The notes: generated from the sequence alone by a model not told the origin. Shown: positions 15,323 to 25,627, counted from the first letter of the stretch. The stretch is 32,000 nt of DNA from Candidatus Velamenicoccus archaeovorus (GCF_004102945.1 NZ_CP019384.1:510001-542000), one strand, 5' to 3'. Made by a program: numbers and translations.

Positions 15323-16579
15323 ATGCAAAAGACACCCAAATCCCTTAGGCTGCACATCGGGTTGTTCGGCAGGACCAATGTCGGCAAGTCGAGCTTTTTG
15401 AATTATGTCGTCGGCCAGGATGTCGCGATCACGTCGCACATCCCCGGCACGACGACCGACGTGGTTGAAAAACCCATGGAATTGCTGCCGCTCGGCCCTG
15501 TCGTTTTCCTCGATACGGCCGGGCTCGACGATGCTTCCGAGCTCGGCGCCTTGAGGATCGAACGCACCAAAAAGGTTTTCGACCGGTGCGACGTATTGGT
15601 GCTGTTGACGGAACCCGAGGCGTGGGGAGGATATGAAGATGAGGTTTTGGCAGAGGCCCGGAAACGCCGGATCCCCGTCGTCATCGTCGTCAACAAGGCC
15701 GATACCCGCGTTCCTTCGGCTGATTTTATGGAGTCGTTGCGCCGGCGTTCTTCCCGCGTTTTGTCCTGCAGTTGTCTCGACCGTCAGGGGCGGGATCCTT
15801 TTGTCCATTCCTTCAAAGCGCAGCTGATCGAGATATGCCCCGAAGAATTTCTTCATCCGCCGGCGCTGGTCGGTGACCTCCTGGCGCAAGACAAGCTTTG
15901 CGTGTTCATCGTCCCTATCGACAAGGAGGCGCCGAAGGGGCGTCTGATCCTTCCCCAAGTCCAGGCGATCCGCGATGTGCTCGATGGCGGCAGAGGCGTT
16001 GTCGTCGTCAGGGAAAGCGAATATGCGTCATGCCTCAAAAATTTGAGGACGCCGCCGTCTTTGGTCGTCTGCGATTCCCAGGTGGTGGCCAGGATGGTTG
16101 AAGAGACGCCTCCGGAAATCCCATGCACGACTTTTTCCATCCTGTTCTCGCGCAGCAAGGGCGATCTGGACGAGGCGGTCAGGGGCGCCGGGGTTCTCGA
16201 TCAGATCCAAGAGGGTGACAAGATCCTGATTGCGGAGGCCTGTTCTCACCATGCGATCCAGGATGATATCGGCCGCGTCAAGATCCCGCGGTGGTTGTCT
16301 CAATTCAAAGGGTTCGATGTCCCTGTCGAGGTCTGCGCCGGCAAGGATTTTCCTGAAAACCTGAAAGGTTTCCGTCTTGTGATCCATTGCGGGGCCTGCA
16401 TGTTCACGAGGCGCGAGATGCTGGCCCGGATCGAGAGGGCCAGAGAGCAGGGGGTCGCCTTGACCAATTACGGCGTCGCCATCGCGTATCTGCAGGGAGT
16501 CCTGTCGCGCGTCCTGAGTCCGTTTCCGTCGGCGCTGTTGGTCTATCAAGAGACAGCCGGCACGCCTCAGCAGCATTAA
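15323..16579 (+). CDS. hydF: [FeFe]-hydrogenase maturase GTPase/scaffold HydF
   Basis: 418 aa from ATG 15323; the upstream part of ORF 15191 overlaps the preceding gene. P-loop GRTNVGKSS, DTAG, NKAD, and C-terminal CSHH...HCGAC cluster ligands. Confidence 0.9.
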   Translation: MQKTPKSLRLHIGLFGRTNVGKSSFLNYVVGQDVAITSHIPGTTTDVVEKPMELLPLGPVVFLDTAGLDDASELGALRIERTKKVFDRCDVLVLLTEPEAWGGYEDEVLAEARKRRIPVVIVVNKADTRVPSADFMESLRRRSSRVLSCSCLDRQGRDPFVHSFKAQLIEICPEEFLHPPALVGDLLAQDKLCVFIVPIDKEAPKGRLILPQVQAIRDVLDGGRGVVVVRESEYASCLKNLRTPPSLVVCDSQVVARMVEETPPEIPCTTFSILFSRSKGDLDEAVRGAGVLDQIQEGDKILIAEACSHHAIQDDIGRVKIPRWLSQFKGFDVPVEVCAGKDFPENLKGFRLVIHCGACMFTRREMLARIERAREQGVALTNYGVAIAYLQGVLSRVLSPFPSALLVYQETAGTPQQH

Positions 16580-16713
16580 CTTCCAGCCCCGATTTTTCTT
16601 TTTAGGTTTTTTTCGTGCAAGGCCCCGCTAGAGTAATTTCCCACGCCTGATAATTTCAAACTATCTTCCGCTACGACGCTGCATTGTGCGTCCATCACCC
16701 TCACAGAAAAACC

Positions 16714-16742
16714 TTGACGAAATAATTATAGTATGCTATATT
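16714..16742 (+). promoter_or_regulatory. Sigma70-type promoter of the tetR-efflux operon with overlapping short palindromes
   Basis: TTGACG (16714-16719), 17-nt spacer, TATATT (16737-16742). ATAATTAT and TATAG-N4-CTATA palindromes in the spacer/-10 region are candidate TetR operators. Confidence 0.4.
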
Positions 16743-16777
16743 TTTGATGTATGCTTCAAATATTGAAGGAGGCCGGC

Positions 16778-17452
16778 ATGGTCCATAAGGAATATTCATT
16801 GCGCGAACGAAAGCATGCCAAAACGAAGATCGCCATCATGAATGCTTTCATCAAGCGCCTGGAGAAGACGCGTTTCGACGATATCTCCGTCCGCCAGATC
16901 TGCGAGGATGTCGATGTTTCCGAAGGCACCTTCTTCAACTATTTTCCGGAAAAGATCGACATCATCAACTATTATATGCACCTGGAGTTTCTTCAGGTTA
17001 TCTGGAAGGCCCGTAAAGACGTGCCGGAAGGCGCGTATGTGGCCTTGATCGATGCCGTTCTTGAAAACCTGGGAAAGGAATTATTGCGTTATGACAATAT
17101 CATTTATCAGTTGATAGCCCTGATGATCATCCAGCAGCAGAGGCCCAAGAATCTGTCCATATCCAACCTTGAAAGGCAGACTTTTCTGCCGGATTGCGAA
17201 GGTATAGAGGATATAAAACTGATGCTGCCGGACGATTTCTTCAGCGAGTGCCTCAAAGAGGCCGTCCGTCATGGCGAGCTCTCCAAAGACATTAAAATCG
17301 ACGATTTGCAGGTATCGTTAATGACAATTTTGAGCGGTACGTTATTGGCGGCTAAATTCGCCGCCAATAAGGATATTGTTTATCATTTCAGGCGTCAATT
17401 GCGGTTTCTCTGGAAGGGTTTGGGGATAAAGAGAGCGGCGAGGAGAAGATGA
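16778..17452 (+). CDS. TetR/AcrR family transcriptional regulator
   Basis: N-terminal HTH (KTKIAIMNAFIKRLEKTRFDDISVRQICEDVDVSEGTFFNYFPEK). ATG 16778 has SD aaggagg. Confidence 0.85.
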   Translation: MVHKEYSLRERKHAKTKIAIMNAFIKRLEKTRFDDISVRQICEDVDVSEGTFFNYFPEKIDIINYYMHLEFLQVIWKARKDVPEGAYVALIDAVLENLGKELLRYDNIIYQLIALMIIQQQRPKNLSISNLERQTFLPDCEGIEDIKLMLPDDFFSECLKEAVRHGELSKDIKIDDLQVSLMTILSGTLLAAKFAANKDIVYHFRRQLRFLWKGLGIKRAARRR

Positions 17453-18798
17453 GAAGACGTTTGATCTTTGCAGCCAGTCGGGTCATTATCGCGGCTCTTA
17501 CCTTAAATATGGCCATGGCGGTTGGTTATGCCGCGGAGTGCCCCGTTGTTTTAGAGATAGGTCTTGACGAGGCCATCGGAAGGGCCCTGGATACCAGCGA
17601 AGAATTGAAGATCAAGGATAAAGAGGTTGATAAAAGCGAGGGGGCCTACCGGGAGGAGCGCGCAGAGATGCTGCCGCATTTTACCGCCAAGTCGCAATGG
17701 ACGCGTAACCTGTCTTATCCGGACAGCGCGGCCGCCGAGATAGCCGATTACGAGTCCGAAAACACTATCAACGCTTCGCAGGTCCTCTGGTCATTCGGCA
17801 GGGTCCTGTATGCGGTGAACGCCGCCAAAAAAGCGGTGGAGGCGACCAGATTCAACAGGGATGCCACCAGAGAGGAGATCGTCTATACCGCCAAGTTGAG
17901 CTATTACAGCTGTCTTTTGGCCAAGAATACCTTGTCCATCACCGAGAAGTCGTACGCGAATGCCCTCGAGAACAAGGATCTGTTGGGCCAGCGTTCCTAT
18001 GGCGGCCGCAGCTCCAGGTATGAGATCCTTAGGATGAATACGGATGTGGCTTCGCGCGTTCCTGCGGTCAACGAGGCCAGGACAGAGTTCGACGCGGCCG
18101 TAGAGACTTTGAAGAGGCTTATTGATGTGAGTCATGAATGCAGTATTTCCTTGCTTGGGGATTTTAAGGATAAATATGAATCTTACGATTACGAGGCGCT
18201 CGTTTTCGTCATGGCTGAAAGAGAACCGTATCTCAAGAGCTTGGATAAGACCATTGAATCGGCCGATGCAAAGGTCAAGAGCAAATTCGCCGCCCTATTC
18301 CCGACCGTATCCGCCTTTTCCTCATGGGGTTATGCCGGGGGCGGCAACGAACATTCATTCCCGTCCGGCGGCGACCTGGATAATTATTCCCTCGTGGGCT
18401 TTAAGATCGATATCCCGATCTGGGAAGGCGGGCTCAAGCAGGCACAGTTGAGCCAATCGAGGGCCACCAAGGATATCGCGGTCTTGAGAAAACAGCAGGT
18501 GTGGAGGAACTACATGCTGGAACTCAAGAAAGCCTTTTTGGAATATGAACAGTATAAGGACAATCTCAAGGCCAATATCGAAGCGGTGGACCTGGCGCAA
18601 GAGTCGTTCAAGCAGACGCAGGAGATGTTCGCGTCTGGCCAGGTAACTCTGACCGACCTGAACGACGCCGAGCTTCTGTTGACCAACCAGAGGCTGAATA
18701 AAGAAATGACGTTGTTCAACATCAATGTGACGCTGGCCAGGATAGAAAAGTTGATCGCGGAGAAAGCCAATGAAATGTCCGTCGTTAAAAAATCTTAA
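17449..18798 (+). CDS. TolC-family outer membrane efflux protein
   Basis: 449 aa with a signal-like N-terminus and two repeated OEP-type halves. 4-nt overlap with tetR. Confidence 0.8.
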   Translation: MRRRLIFAASRVIIAALTLNMAMAVGYAAECPVVLEIGLDEAIGRALDTSEELKIKDKEVDKSEGAYREERAEMLPHFTAKSQWTRNLSYPDSAAAEIADYESENTINASQVLWSFGRVLYAVNAAKKAVEATRFNRDATREEIVYTAKLSYYSCLLAKNTLSITEKSYANALENKDLLGQRSYGGRSSRYEILRMNTDVASRVPAVNEARTEFDAAVETLKRLIDVSHECSISLLGDFKDKYESYDYEALVFVMAEREPYLKSLDKTIESADAKVKSKFAALFPTVSAFSSWGYAGGGNEHSFPSGGDLDNYSLVGFKIDIPIWEGGLKQAQLSQSRATKDIAVLRKQQVWRNYMLELKKAFLEYEQYKDNLKANIEAVDLAQESFKQTQEMFASGQVTLTDLNDAELLLTNQRLNKEMTLFNINVTLARIEKLIAEKANEMSVVKKS

Positions 18799-19489
18799 TC
18801 CCAGGGCAAAGGTATACGCGGCCATGCTTTTGTTTGGCGTCATCGCCGTGTTTATCAGGATCGTCCTTGTGCAGCTTGACCGCGGCCGTCAGATCGTCAG
18901 CTTTGTTTCCGAGTGGGAGCGATACGGCAGGCCGGTCCTTGTCAAAGAAATGATGGCGGTTGATGTTCCTGTGTATACGAAATTCACCGTCATCATCGGC
19001 CAGGATGGTTCGGCCAGAGGTTTTGTCACGGGAGACATCAAGGACAAGCTTGCACAAGGCCAGGCGGTCTACCCGAACGCCAATAGCGGGATCCCTTGCG
19101 GCGCGATCTCAGAGATCGGTCAGGAGCTTGATATGGAGACGGGGATGTTCCCGGTCACGGTGGGTTTTAGCAATTTTTCAGGCGCGTCCGGCTCCAGGCT
19201 GGTGCTTTTTGCGCAAACACAAACTTTGAAAGCCGCATTGGTCGTGCCCAATGATATCGTTGATATTTCTAAAGATGGTTCTTTTTTGTGGAAGGTCGAG
19301 GACGGCAAGGCCAGGAAGATCCATGTCAAGATCGGTTCCCGTAACGGCTATGGGACCCTTATCGCCGAAGGCATCGGGTCCGGCGATTTGGTCGTGCTCA
19401 GGGGTCAGGATTCGTTAAGCCAGAACGATAAGGTGAAGATCGTGGGCCGGCAGGCCGGTCCCGCGCGCAGGACAGGAATGGGGCTATAA
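18770..19489 (+). CDS. Efflux RND periplasmic adaptor (membrane-fusion protein), unusually short
   Basis: 239 aa. N-terminal TM anchor and beta-rich lipoyl/barrel-like segments (FVTGDIKDKLAQGQAVY, GDLVVLRGQDSLSQNDKVKIV) with no long coiled-coil segment. The start may be further downstream. Confidence 0.65.
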   Translation: MKCPSLKNLNPRAKVYAAMLLFGVIAVFIRIVLVQLDRGRQIVSFVSEWERYGRPVLVKEMMAVDVPVYTKFTVIIGQDGSARGFVTGDIKDKLAQGQAVYPNANSGIPCGAISEIGQELDMETGMFPVTVGFSNFSGASGSRLVLFAQTQTLKAALVVPNDIVDISKDGSFLWKVEDGKARKIHVKIGSRNGYGTLIAEGIGSGDLVVLRGQDSLSQNDKVKIVGRQAGPARRTGMGL

Positions 19490-19493
19490 AACA

Positions 19494-22400
19494 ATGATCG
19501 CTTATTTTGTCAGACATCGGATCACCACCATCATGTTCGTTCTGGTGTTTGTGGTCCTCGGTGTATACAGTTATGCCAACCTGCCTATCGAGAAGACGCC
19601 GAAGATGGACTTTCCTATTGTGACGGTTTCGGTGACGTATCCGGGCGCAACCCCCTTAGAGGTCGAAACTCTGGTTGTCAAAAAGATCGAAGACGTGGTT
19701 GCCGAGATCTCCGAGATCAAGAAGATCAAAAGCCAGGCCTATGAAAGTCTGGCTTTTATTTCTATTGAGTTCTTGATCGAGGCAGACGTCAATGTCAAGT
19801 CCATCGAGGTCAAGGACAAGGTGGATGCGATCTTGAACGACCTGCCCGATTCAATCGAAAAACCCATCATCGAGAAATACGATCCCTTGATCGTACCGGT
19901 TATGGAATTGGTGCTTTCCAGTGATACGCTGGACGGCCGGGATCTCTATGAATACGCCGACAAGACCCTGAAGACCAAGATTTCTTCTATTGCGGGGGTC
20001 GCCAAGGTCGATGTCTATGGCGGCAAGAAGAGGCAGGTCAACGTCTGGCTCGACCCCATGCTGATGAAACAGCATTACATCAGTATCGGCGAGGTGGTCA
20101 ATGCGATGCTCTTGAAGAATATGAATATCCCTGCCGGCGCCTTGGAGAAGGGTTTTAATTCGCTCGGGGCCAGGTTTACCGGGGAATTCGAGAGCATCGA
20201 TGAGATAGCACGGATGAAGCTGGTTTCTTCCGACGGATCCAGCTGCCTCCTGAAAGATATCGCGACGATAGAAGACAGCTATAAGAAGATTGATTCCATG
20301 GCGCGGTATAACGGCAGAGAAGTCGTAGGCCTTTCCATCAATAAATCTTCCGACGGCAACGCGGTATCCATCGCCCGGGATCTGCGGCGCAGACTGGATG
20401 CGTTCAGGGCGATCCTGCCTCGCGGTGTCAACCTTGATGTAGCGACGGACACGACGACGTTTATCGTCGATGAGACCCATGCGACGATTTGGAATATTTT
20501 TATTGGTCTTTTGCTGACAGCCGCCATCCTTTATTTTTTTATAGGCAGGTGGGATATTGCTTTTATCGCCTGCATCATTATCCCCACTTCCATTATCTCG
20601 ACCCTGTTTCCTATGTGGATGTCGAAGTTTTCGATCAACATGCTGACCTTGTTGGCCATCGCTTCGGTGCTCGGGACATTGATCTCGAATGCCATCGTCA
20701 TCATTGAGAACGTATTGGTGCATCTTGAACGTTCTGATGACCCTGAGAAGGCCGCTATCGAGGGGACCCAGGAAGTTTTTGTCCCTATTATCGCGGCTAC
20801 CGGCACCAATCTCGTCGTTTTTATGCCGTTGTCCCTGATGAGCGGGATCGTTGGCGTGTTCATGAAGTCTTTCGGCTTAACGGTTGTCTACGCCACATTA
20901 TTTTCATTGCTGGCTTCTTTTGCTCTGACCCCTATGCTGTGCGCCGCGCTCCTGCAGCCCAAAAAAGGCGAGAAAAGGGGCACCGGAAAACCAAATGTTA
21001 TCTTGGAGGCATTATTCGCTCCATTGCATTGGATACGTCAAGGCATTGATGCCGGCATGGAATTCTTGAAAAAGGAATATAGACATATCTTTGATCTCAT
21101 CTTTCGATATCCCAAGGCGACCATTATTTCCGTTGTCCTGCTGTTTTTTGGGTCATTGATGCTGGTGCCGTATCTCGAGAGCGATTTTTCGCCGAAGTCC
21201 GATGAGGACCAGTTCGTCATCAATATGGTTTTGCCGCAAGGCTCTACGATTGAACGCACCCTGGAAGCCTGCAGGCTGGTAGAGGGGTATATTGAAAAGA
21301 TCCCGGAGAAGAAATCGTATCTGACCAACATCGGAGAGAATGGGGTCGAGAACGCCAAGATCACGCTGGATCTTGTGTCTTTAAAAGACAGGAAGAGAGC
21401 GGACACGGAGATCATGGATGAGCTTACCAAATTCATCGCTGCGATCCCCGATGTCGAGGTGAGTTATGACCGGGGTATGTCTGCCGAATCCGGCACCGGA
21501 GATGTGGCCATAGACCTCTATGGTATTGATTACGATACGATGATCGGGCTTTCCCAGCAGATGAAGGGCTTGATGGAGCAGAGCGGCTATTTCAAGAGCG
21601 TTATTTTGTCTTACAAATTCCCCGGCGATGAAGTCCGTCTCAAGCCCCTGCAGGAAAAAATCGCAGAGTATGGGCTCACGGCCGCAACCGTAGGGACAAG
21701 CTTCCGGTCGTCGGTATATGGAGAAGATACGAATACGTATAAGGAAAAGGGCGAAGAATACAAGATCAATATTGAGTTGAACGACGCCTACGCGCAGGAG
21801 GCCGATGACATCAAGGTCATATCCGTGCTTTCGCGTAAAGGGCTTATCCCTTTGGATGAGCTCGGCACGCTCGTGATCGACAAGACCGTTCCTATGATCC
21901 GTCATCGCGACAGGGTGAGGGTTATCCACCTGGACGGTTTCCTGGGCAAAAGCTCGATGGGCGTGGTCAGCGGCGTCCTCGACAAGCGGTTCAAGGCCAT
22001 GCAATTCCATGAAGGCTATGGTTATCGTTATGTGGGGAATGCTGAACACATGGACGAAGCGACCCGTGAACTTGGCAAGGCGTTTGTGCTCGGGGTCATC
22101 CTGACGTTCATGCTGCTTTGCGCTCTTATGAATTCGTTGATCGCCTATCCTTTGGCCATCATGACGACGGTCGCGACCTCGTTGATCGGGATCATCCTGG
22201 GTTTGTTTTTCCTGGGTCTATCCATCAATATCGCATCGATGATGGGCATCGTTATGCTCGTGGGTATGGTGGTCAATAACGCGATATTGATGCTGGATTA
22301 TACCCTGATCAAGATGAGGGAGGGCGTGCCGGTCAAGGAAGCGCTGTGGATCGGGGCTACCGAGAAATTCCGGGCGATCATGATGACATCCATCGCGATC

Positions 22401-22565
22401 ATCCTGGGTGTCTTGCCGCAGCTCTGGTCGGTCATGGAAGCCAAGAGGGCCATGGGCGGCGTCATGACCGGCGGCATGCTTGCTTCGATCGTGTTCACTT
22501 TTATTCTTGTTCCCGTTGTCTTCTGGTATCTGGTCCGTTTCGAAAAAAGATTTGTCAAACATTGA
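19494..22565 (+). CDS. RND efflux transporter permease (AcrB/HAE family)
   Basis: 1023 aa with 12-TM RND topology and two large periplasmic loops. Confidence 0.92.
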   Translation: MIAYFVRHRITTIMFVLVFVVLGVYSYANLPIEKTPKMDFPIVTVSVTYPGATPLEVETLVVKKIEDVVAEISEIKKIKSQAYESLAFISIEFLIEADVNVKSIEVKDKVDAILNDLPDSIEKPIIEKYDPLIVPVMELVLSSDTLDGRDLYEYADKTLKTKISSIAGVAKVDVYGGKKRQVNVWLDPMLMKQHYISIGEVVNAMLLKNMNIPAGALEKGFNSLGARFTGEFESIDEIARMKLVSSDGSSCLLKDIATIEDSYKKIDSMARYNGREVVGLSINKSSDGNAVSIARDLRRRLDAFRAILPRGVNLDVATDTTTFIVDETHATIWNIFIGLLLTAAILYFFIGRWDIAFIACIIIPTSIISTLFPMWMSKFSINMLTLLAIASVLGTLISNAIVIIENVLVHLERSDDPEKAAIEGTQEVFVPIIAATGTNLVVFMPLSLMSGIVGVFMKSFGLTVVYATLFSLLASFALTPMLCAALLQPKKGEKRGTGKPNVILEALFAPLHWIRQGIDAGMEFLKKEYRHIFDLIFRYPKATIISVVLLFFGSLMLVPYLESDFSPKSDEDQFVINMVLPQGSTIERTLEACRLVEGYIEKIPEKKSYLTNIGENGVENAKITLDLVSLKDRKRADTEIMDELTKFIAAIPDVEVSYDRGMSAESGTGDVAIDLYGIDYDTMIGLSQQMKGLMEQSGYFKSVILSYKFPGDEVRLKPLQEKIAEYGLTAATVGTSFRSSVYGEDTNTYKEKGEEYKINIELNDAYAQEADDIKVISVLSRKGLIPLDELGTLVIDKTVPMIRHRDRVRVIHLDGFLGKSSMGVVSGVLDKRFKAMQFHEGYGYRYVGNAEHMDEATRELGKAFVLGVILTFMLLCALMNSLIAYPLAIMTTVATSLIGIILGLFFLGLSINIASMMGIVMLVGMVVNNAILMLDYTLIKMREGVPVKEALWIGATEKFRAIMMTSIAIILGVLPQLWSVMEAKRAMGGVMTGGMLASIVFTFILVPVVFWYLVRFEKRFVKH

Positions 22566-22598
22566 TCTTGCGATAGGCCACGTCCGTACGTCCAAACA

Positions 22599-23165
22599 AT
22601 GAAAGAACTGGATATTCTGTTTTTGTTGACAAGGTTTATAGATAAGAACGGGTCTGTTTTTGCCCACGGCCGGCGCGTTGCCGGGATTGCCTGCGCCATG
22701 GCCAAAAAGATGGGGTATTGCGACGAAGGGATCAGGCATATTCATTGTGCCGCCGTTGTTCATGATATCGGGAAGATCAATGTCCCGCAAGAAATTGTCA
22801 ATAAACCTGGTTGTCTCAGCGACCATGAGATCGCGATTATCAGGAAACATCCCGAACTGGGATTTTGTCTTTTGAAAGACACGAAGCCGGAGTCTATTGT
22901 TGCGGAGGTTGCCCTTCAGCATCACGAGAGGATGGATGGTTCAGGGTATCCTTTCGGGCTGTGCGCCCGGGACATCCATCCTGTTGCAAGGATTGTTGCC
23001 GTTGCCGATGTGATTGATGCGATGACTTCTTTGCAGGCGTATAGGCCGGCCCTAAATATGCACGATGCCCTCGGAGAACTCATGCGGAACCGCGGATCGC
23101 TATACGATGCCGGAGTCGTCGATGCCAGCGTATCGCTTTTTGAGCGGGGAGAGTATCATGTCTGA
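22599..23165 (+). CDS. HD-GYP domain protein (putative cyclic-di-GMP phosphodiesterase), no sensor domain
   Basis: 188 aa, H...HDIGK...HHERMDGSGYPFG. Confidence 0.85.
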   Translation: MKELDILFLLTRFIDKNGSVFAHGRRVAGIACAMAKKMGYCDEGIRHIHCAAVVHDIGKINVPQEIVNKPGCLSDHEIAIIRKHPELGFCLLKDTKPESIVAEVALQHHERMDGSGYPFGLCARDIHPVARIVAVADVIDAMTSLQAYRPALNMHDALGELMRNRGSLYDAGVVDASVSLFERGEYHV

Positions 23166-23595
23166 GGTGCCCTATGATGTGAGGCTTTCCGAATTATTGC
23201 AGAGGGTTATGCGGGATTTCCGTGTCCAAGCCTACCGCTATTCACTGTCCCAAAAACTTCCTTTATCAGAGTGCCGGGTGTTGTTTCTGTTGTGTAGCGG
23301 CTTGCCGGTTAAAATGAACAAAATAAAACAGGATTTGTTTGTTTCCGGGGCATGTGTCACAAGCATCGCCGACCGGCTTATCAGAAAAAAACTCATCATA
23401 CGCCGCCGCAGCGATACAGACCGCAGGAAGGTAAGTCTCGTACTTACGGATAAAGGAAGGAGTTGCTTGGTGCGATTGGAAGCGCGCCGGAAGGGTTTGC
23501 TGAAAGCGATATTCGGGAACTTAACAGAAAGAGATAAAAAAACAATAGAGGACGGCGTTTCCATTCTTGCCGTGTCTTTGGAGTCCGTAAAATGA
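23158..23595 (+). CDS. MarR family transcriptional regulator
   Basis: 145 aa from ATG 23158 (ATGTCTGA overlap with the HD-GYP stop). Winged-helix region LFVSGACVTSIADRLIRKKLIIRRRSDTDRRKVSLVLTDKG. Confidence 0.8.
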   Translation: MSEVPYDVRLSELLQRVMRDFRVQAYRYSLSQKLPLSECRVLFLLCSGLPVKMNKIKQDLFVSGACVTSIADRLIRKKLIIRRRSDTDRRKVSLVLTDKGRSCLVRLEARRKGLLKAIFGNLTERDKKTIEDGVSILAVSLESVK

Positions 23596-23651
23596 ATCTG
23601 ATCCATAAGGCGTTACAGGTGACGCTATGGTGCTGATGAAAAAATAAATTT

Positions 23652-24320
23652 ATGAAAAGTTATTTATGGCGGGCATTGGTGAGCAACAAGTACTACCATT
23701 TATTGGCTGTGCTTGTTGTTTTCTTTTTTATCGTGCCGTTCGGGACGGGTGGCCCGATGCAGCATTTCGTCTTTCCGCTGATGTTTTTGTCCGGCATCCT
23801 TTTTTCTTTAAGGGCACTGGAAGTCAAAAGGGCGGAATTTCTCCTTATGGCCTTGACCGGCGTATCGGCATTGGCCATCGGCATTTTGTTTGAGTTCTTC
23901 CATGCTCCCGCGGCAGGAGGCAGGATCCTGCTTGAAATACCCATCGTGATCTACGCGTTTTTCTTATTGATGTCCATAGCGCTTCTGATCTCCAAGATGT
24001 TCGCTGTCTCAAAAGTGACCAGCGATACGATCGCCGGAGGCATCAGCGTCTATTTGCTTCTGGGGTTCCTGTGGACGGTGTTTTATTATGCCGTGTATAT
24101 TTACGACCCCTGCGCTTTTAATTTTCCTTCGCCGGCCCATCAATACAGTTTGTTCTATTTCAGCTTTTCGACGTTGACGACCGTGGGTTATGGGGATGTT
24201 TACCCGGTGAACAGGATGGCGATGTCCCTTTCCAACCTGGAGGCCATCACCGGCCAGATGTATGTCGCAATCTTCATTTCCAGGCTTGTGGGGTTGCATA
24301 TTGCAGCCCATAACAAATAG
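23652..24320 (+). CDS. Potassium channel family protein (ion transport 2 type)
   Basis: 222 aa, multi-TM, with the selectivity filter TTVGYGD. Confidence 0.8.
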   Translation: MKSYLWRALVSNKYYHLLAVLVVFFFIVPFGTGGPMQHFVFPLMFLSGILFSLRALEVKRAEFLLMALTGVSALAIGILFEFFHAPAAGGRILLEIPIVIYAFFLLMSIALLISKMFAVSKVTSDTIAGGISVYLLLGFLWTVFYYAVYIYDPCAFNFPSPAHQYSLFYFSFSTLTTVGYGDVYPVNRMAMSLSNLEAITGQMYVAIFISRLVGLHIAAHNK

Positions 24321-24327
24321 GCAAAAG

Positions 24328-25509
24328 ATGTCGAAAAAAATCTGCTGGTTGGTCATTTTGATTTTATCCGTGTCTGGTTGCGCCGCGGCGCGGCATGCGG
24401 TCCCGTCGGGCCTGACAGGGGACGTAACGGTTTCGGGTCTGCGGGATATCCGGGCGGTCAGCGGCGCCCGGAGTGAGTCTTTTACGAAAGATTTTATCGG
24501 GCTATTGGAGCAGGCGGAAAAGAACAGCCCGTCTTTTTTTGATTTCAGGGGCGGCCGGACGTATACGTTGCTTGCGATCTCCGGCGGCGCGGCATACGGC
24601 GCTTACGGCGCCGGCCTCCTGAACGGCTGGACGCAAGAAGGGTCAAGGCCGGTTTTTCAGATCGTGACGGGGATCAGCGTCGGGGCCATTATCGCCCCGT
24701 TTGCCTTTTTAGGCAGCGCCTACGACCGCCAGCTCCAGGAGCTTTGCACGAATTATGCGACAAAGGACATCATGCACGTCCGTCTGTCCCATGATTCTTT
24801 TGCGAGTTCACGGCCGCTGGAACGCTTGCTTGAGAAATACTTCGACGAGAGATTCCTGAAGGAAGTCGCCGCCGCCTACGCTCAGGGCCGCAGGCTGTAC
24901 GTCGGGACGACCGATCTGGATGCGCAGCGGCTTATTATCTGGGATATGGGGAAGATCGCCTCTGTAGGAGACGAGAGGGCGTTGCGTTTATTTAGAAAGA
25001 TCATTCTGGCGTCGGCATCGATCCCTCTGGCATTTCCGCCGGTTTTCATGCAGGTGGAGGCCGGCAACAAGACATACGATGAGATGCATGTCGACGGAGG
25101 GGTCATCAAGCAGGTCTTTTTCCTTCACGATATCGCCCTCGGTCTGGAGCAGGCCGTCCGCCAAAAAGGCCTGGATATGTCGAGGTTGAAATACAGGATT
25201 TACGTCATCAGGAATGGCTATGTCGATCCTGTCTGGAAGGAAATCCCCGACAGTCTTGTCGATATTGCAGAACGTGCCGTCGATACGCTGATCAACGCCC
25301 AGGGCATCGGGGACATCTATCAATTGTACACCTTCACAAGGTTACGCGGAGGCGATTTCAATCTTGCCTATATCCCCGGTGACCATCTTTCGGCGGCTAA
25401 AGAGCCTTTTGACCCCGTGGAGATGCGGAAACTTTTTGACCTTGGTTTTGAAGAGGCGGCCGCCGGCTATCCCTGGAAAAAGGTCCCGCCGGGCCTGGAG
25501 AAAAAATAG
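24328..25509 (+). CDS. Patatin-like phospholipase lipoprotein
   Basis: Lipobox LSVSGC after MSKKICWLVILI. Patatin motifs SGGAAYGAYG, GISVG and HVDGG. ATG 24328 is preferred over ORF-track start 24262. Confidence 0.85.
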   Translation: MSKKICWLVILILSVSGCAAARHAVPSGLTGDVTVSGLRDIRAVSGARSESFTKDFIGLLEQAEKNSPSFFDFRGGRTYTLLAISGGAAYGAYGAGLLNGWTQEGSRPVFQIVTGISVGAIIAPFAFLGSAYDRQLQELCTNYATKDIMHVRLSHDSFASSRPLERLLEKYFDERFLKEVAAAYAQGRRLYVGTTDLDAQRLIIWDMGKIASVGDERALRLFRKIILASASIPLAFPPVFMQVEAGNKTYDEMHVDGGVIKQVFFLHDIALGLEQAVRQKGLDMSRLKYRIYVIRNGYVDPVWKEIPDSLVDIAERAVDTLINAQGIGDIYQLYTFTRLRGGDFNLAYIPGDHLSAAKEPFDPVEMRKLFDLGFEEAAAGYPWKKVPPGLEKK

Positions 25510-25582
25510 GCAGCGGCCGCAAGACCGGCAGTCGTGTTTATCCGGAGAAAGGCCCGGGCGGACGGAAGGCCAGGTTTCTGGC

Positions 25583-25607
25583 GCGCTTCAAAAGAAGCGC
25601 TTTTTTT
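25583..25607 (+). terminator. Rho-independent terminator after the patatin gene
   Basis: gcgcttc-aaaa-gaagcgc followed by TTTTTTT. Confidence 0.7.
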
Positions 25608-25627
25608 ATTTCTTTTTTAGGGATATT

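Noticed and set aside
16751-25509. Horizontally acquired island comprising tetR-tolC-MFP-RND, HD-GYP-marR, the K+ channel and patatin
   Set aside because: By eye this block is slightly more AT-rich than the hyd cluster. There are no integrase, tRNA or direct-repeat boundaries, and I cannot compute composition statistics reliably here.
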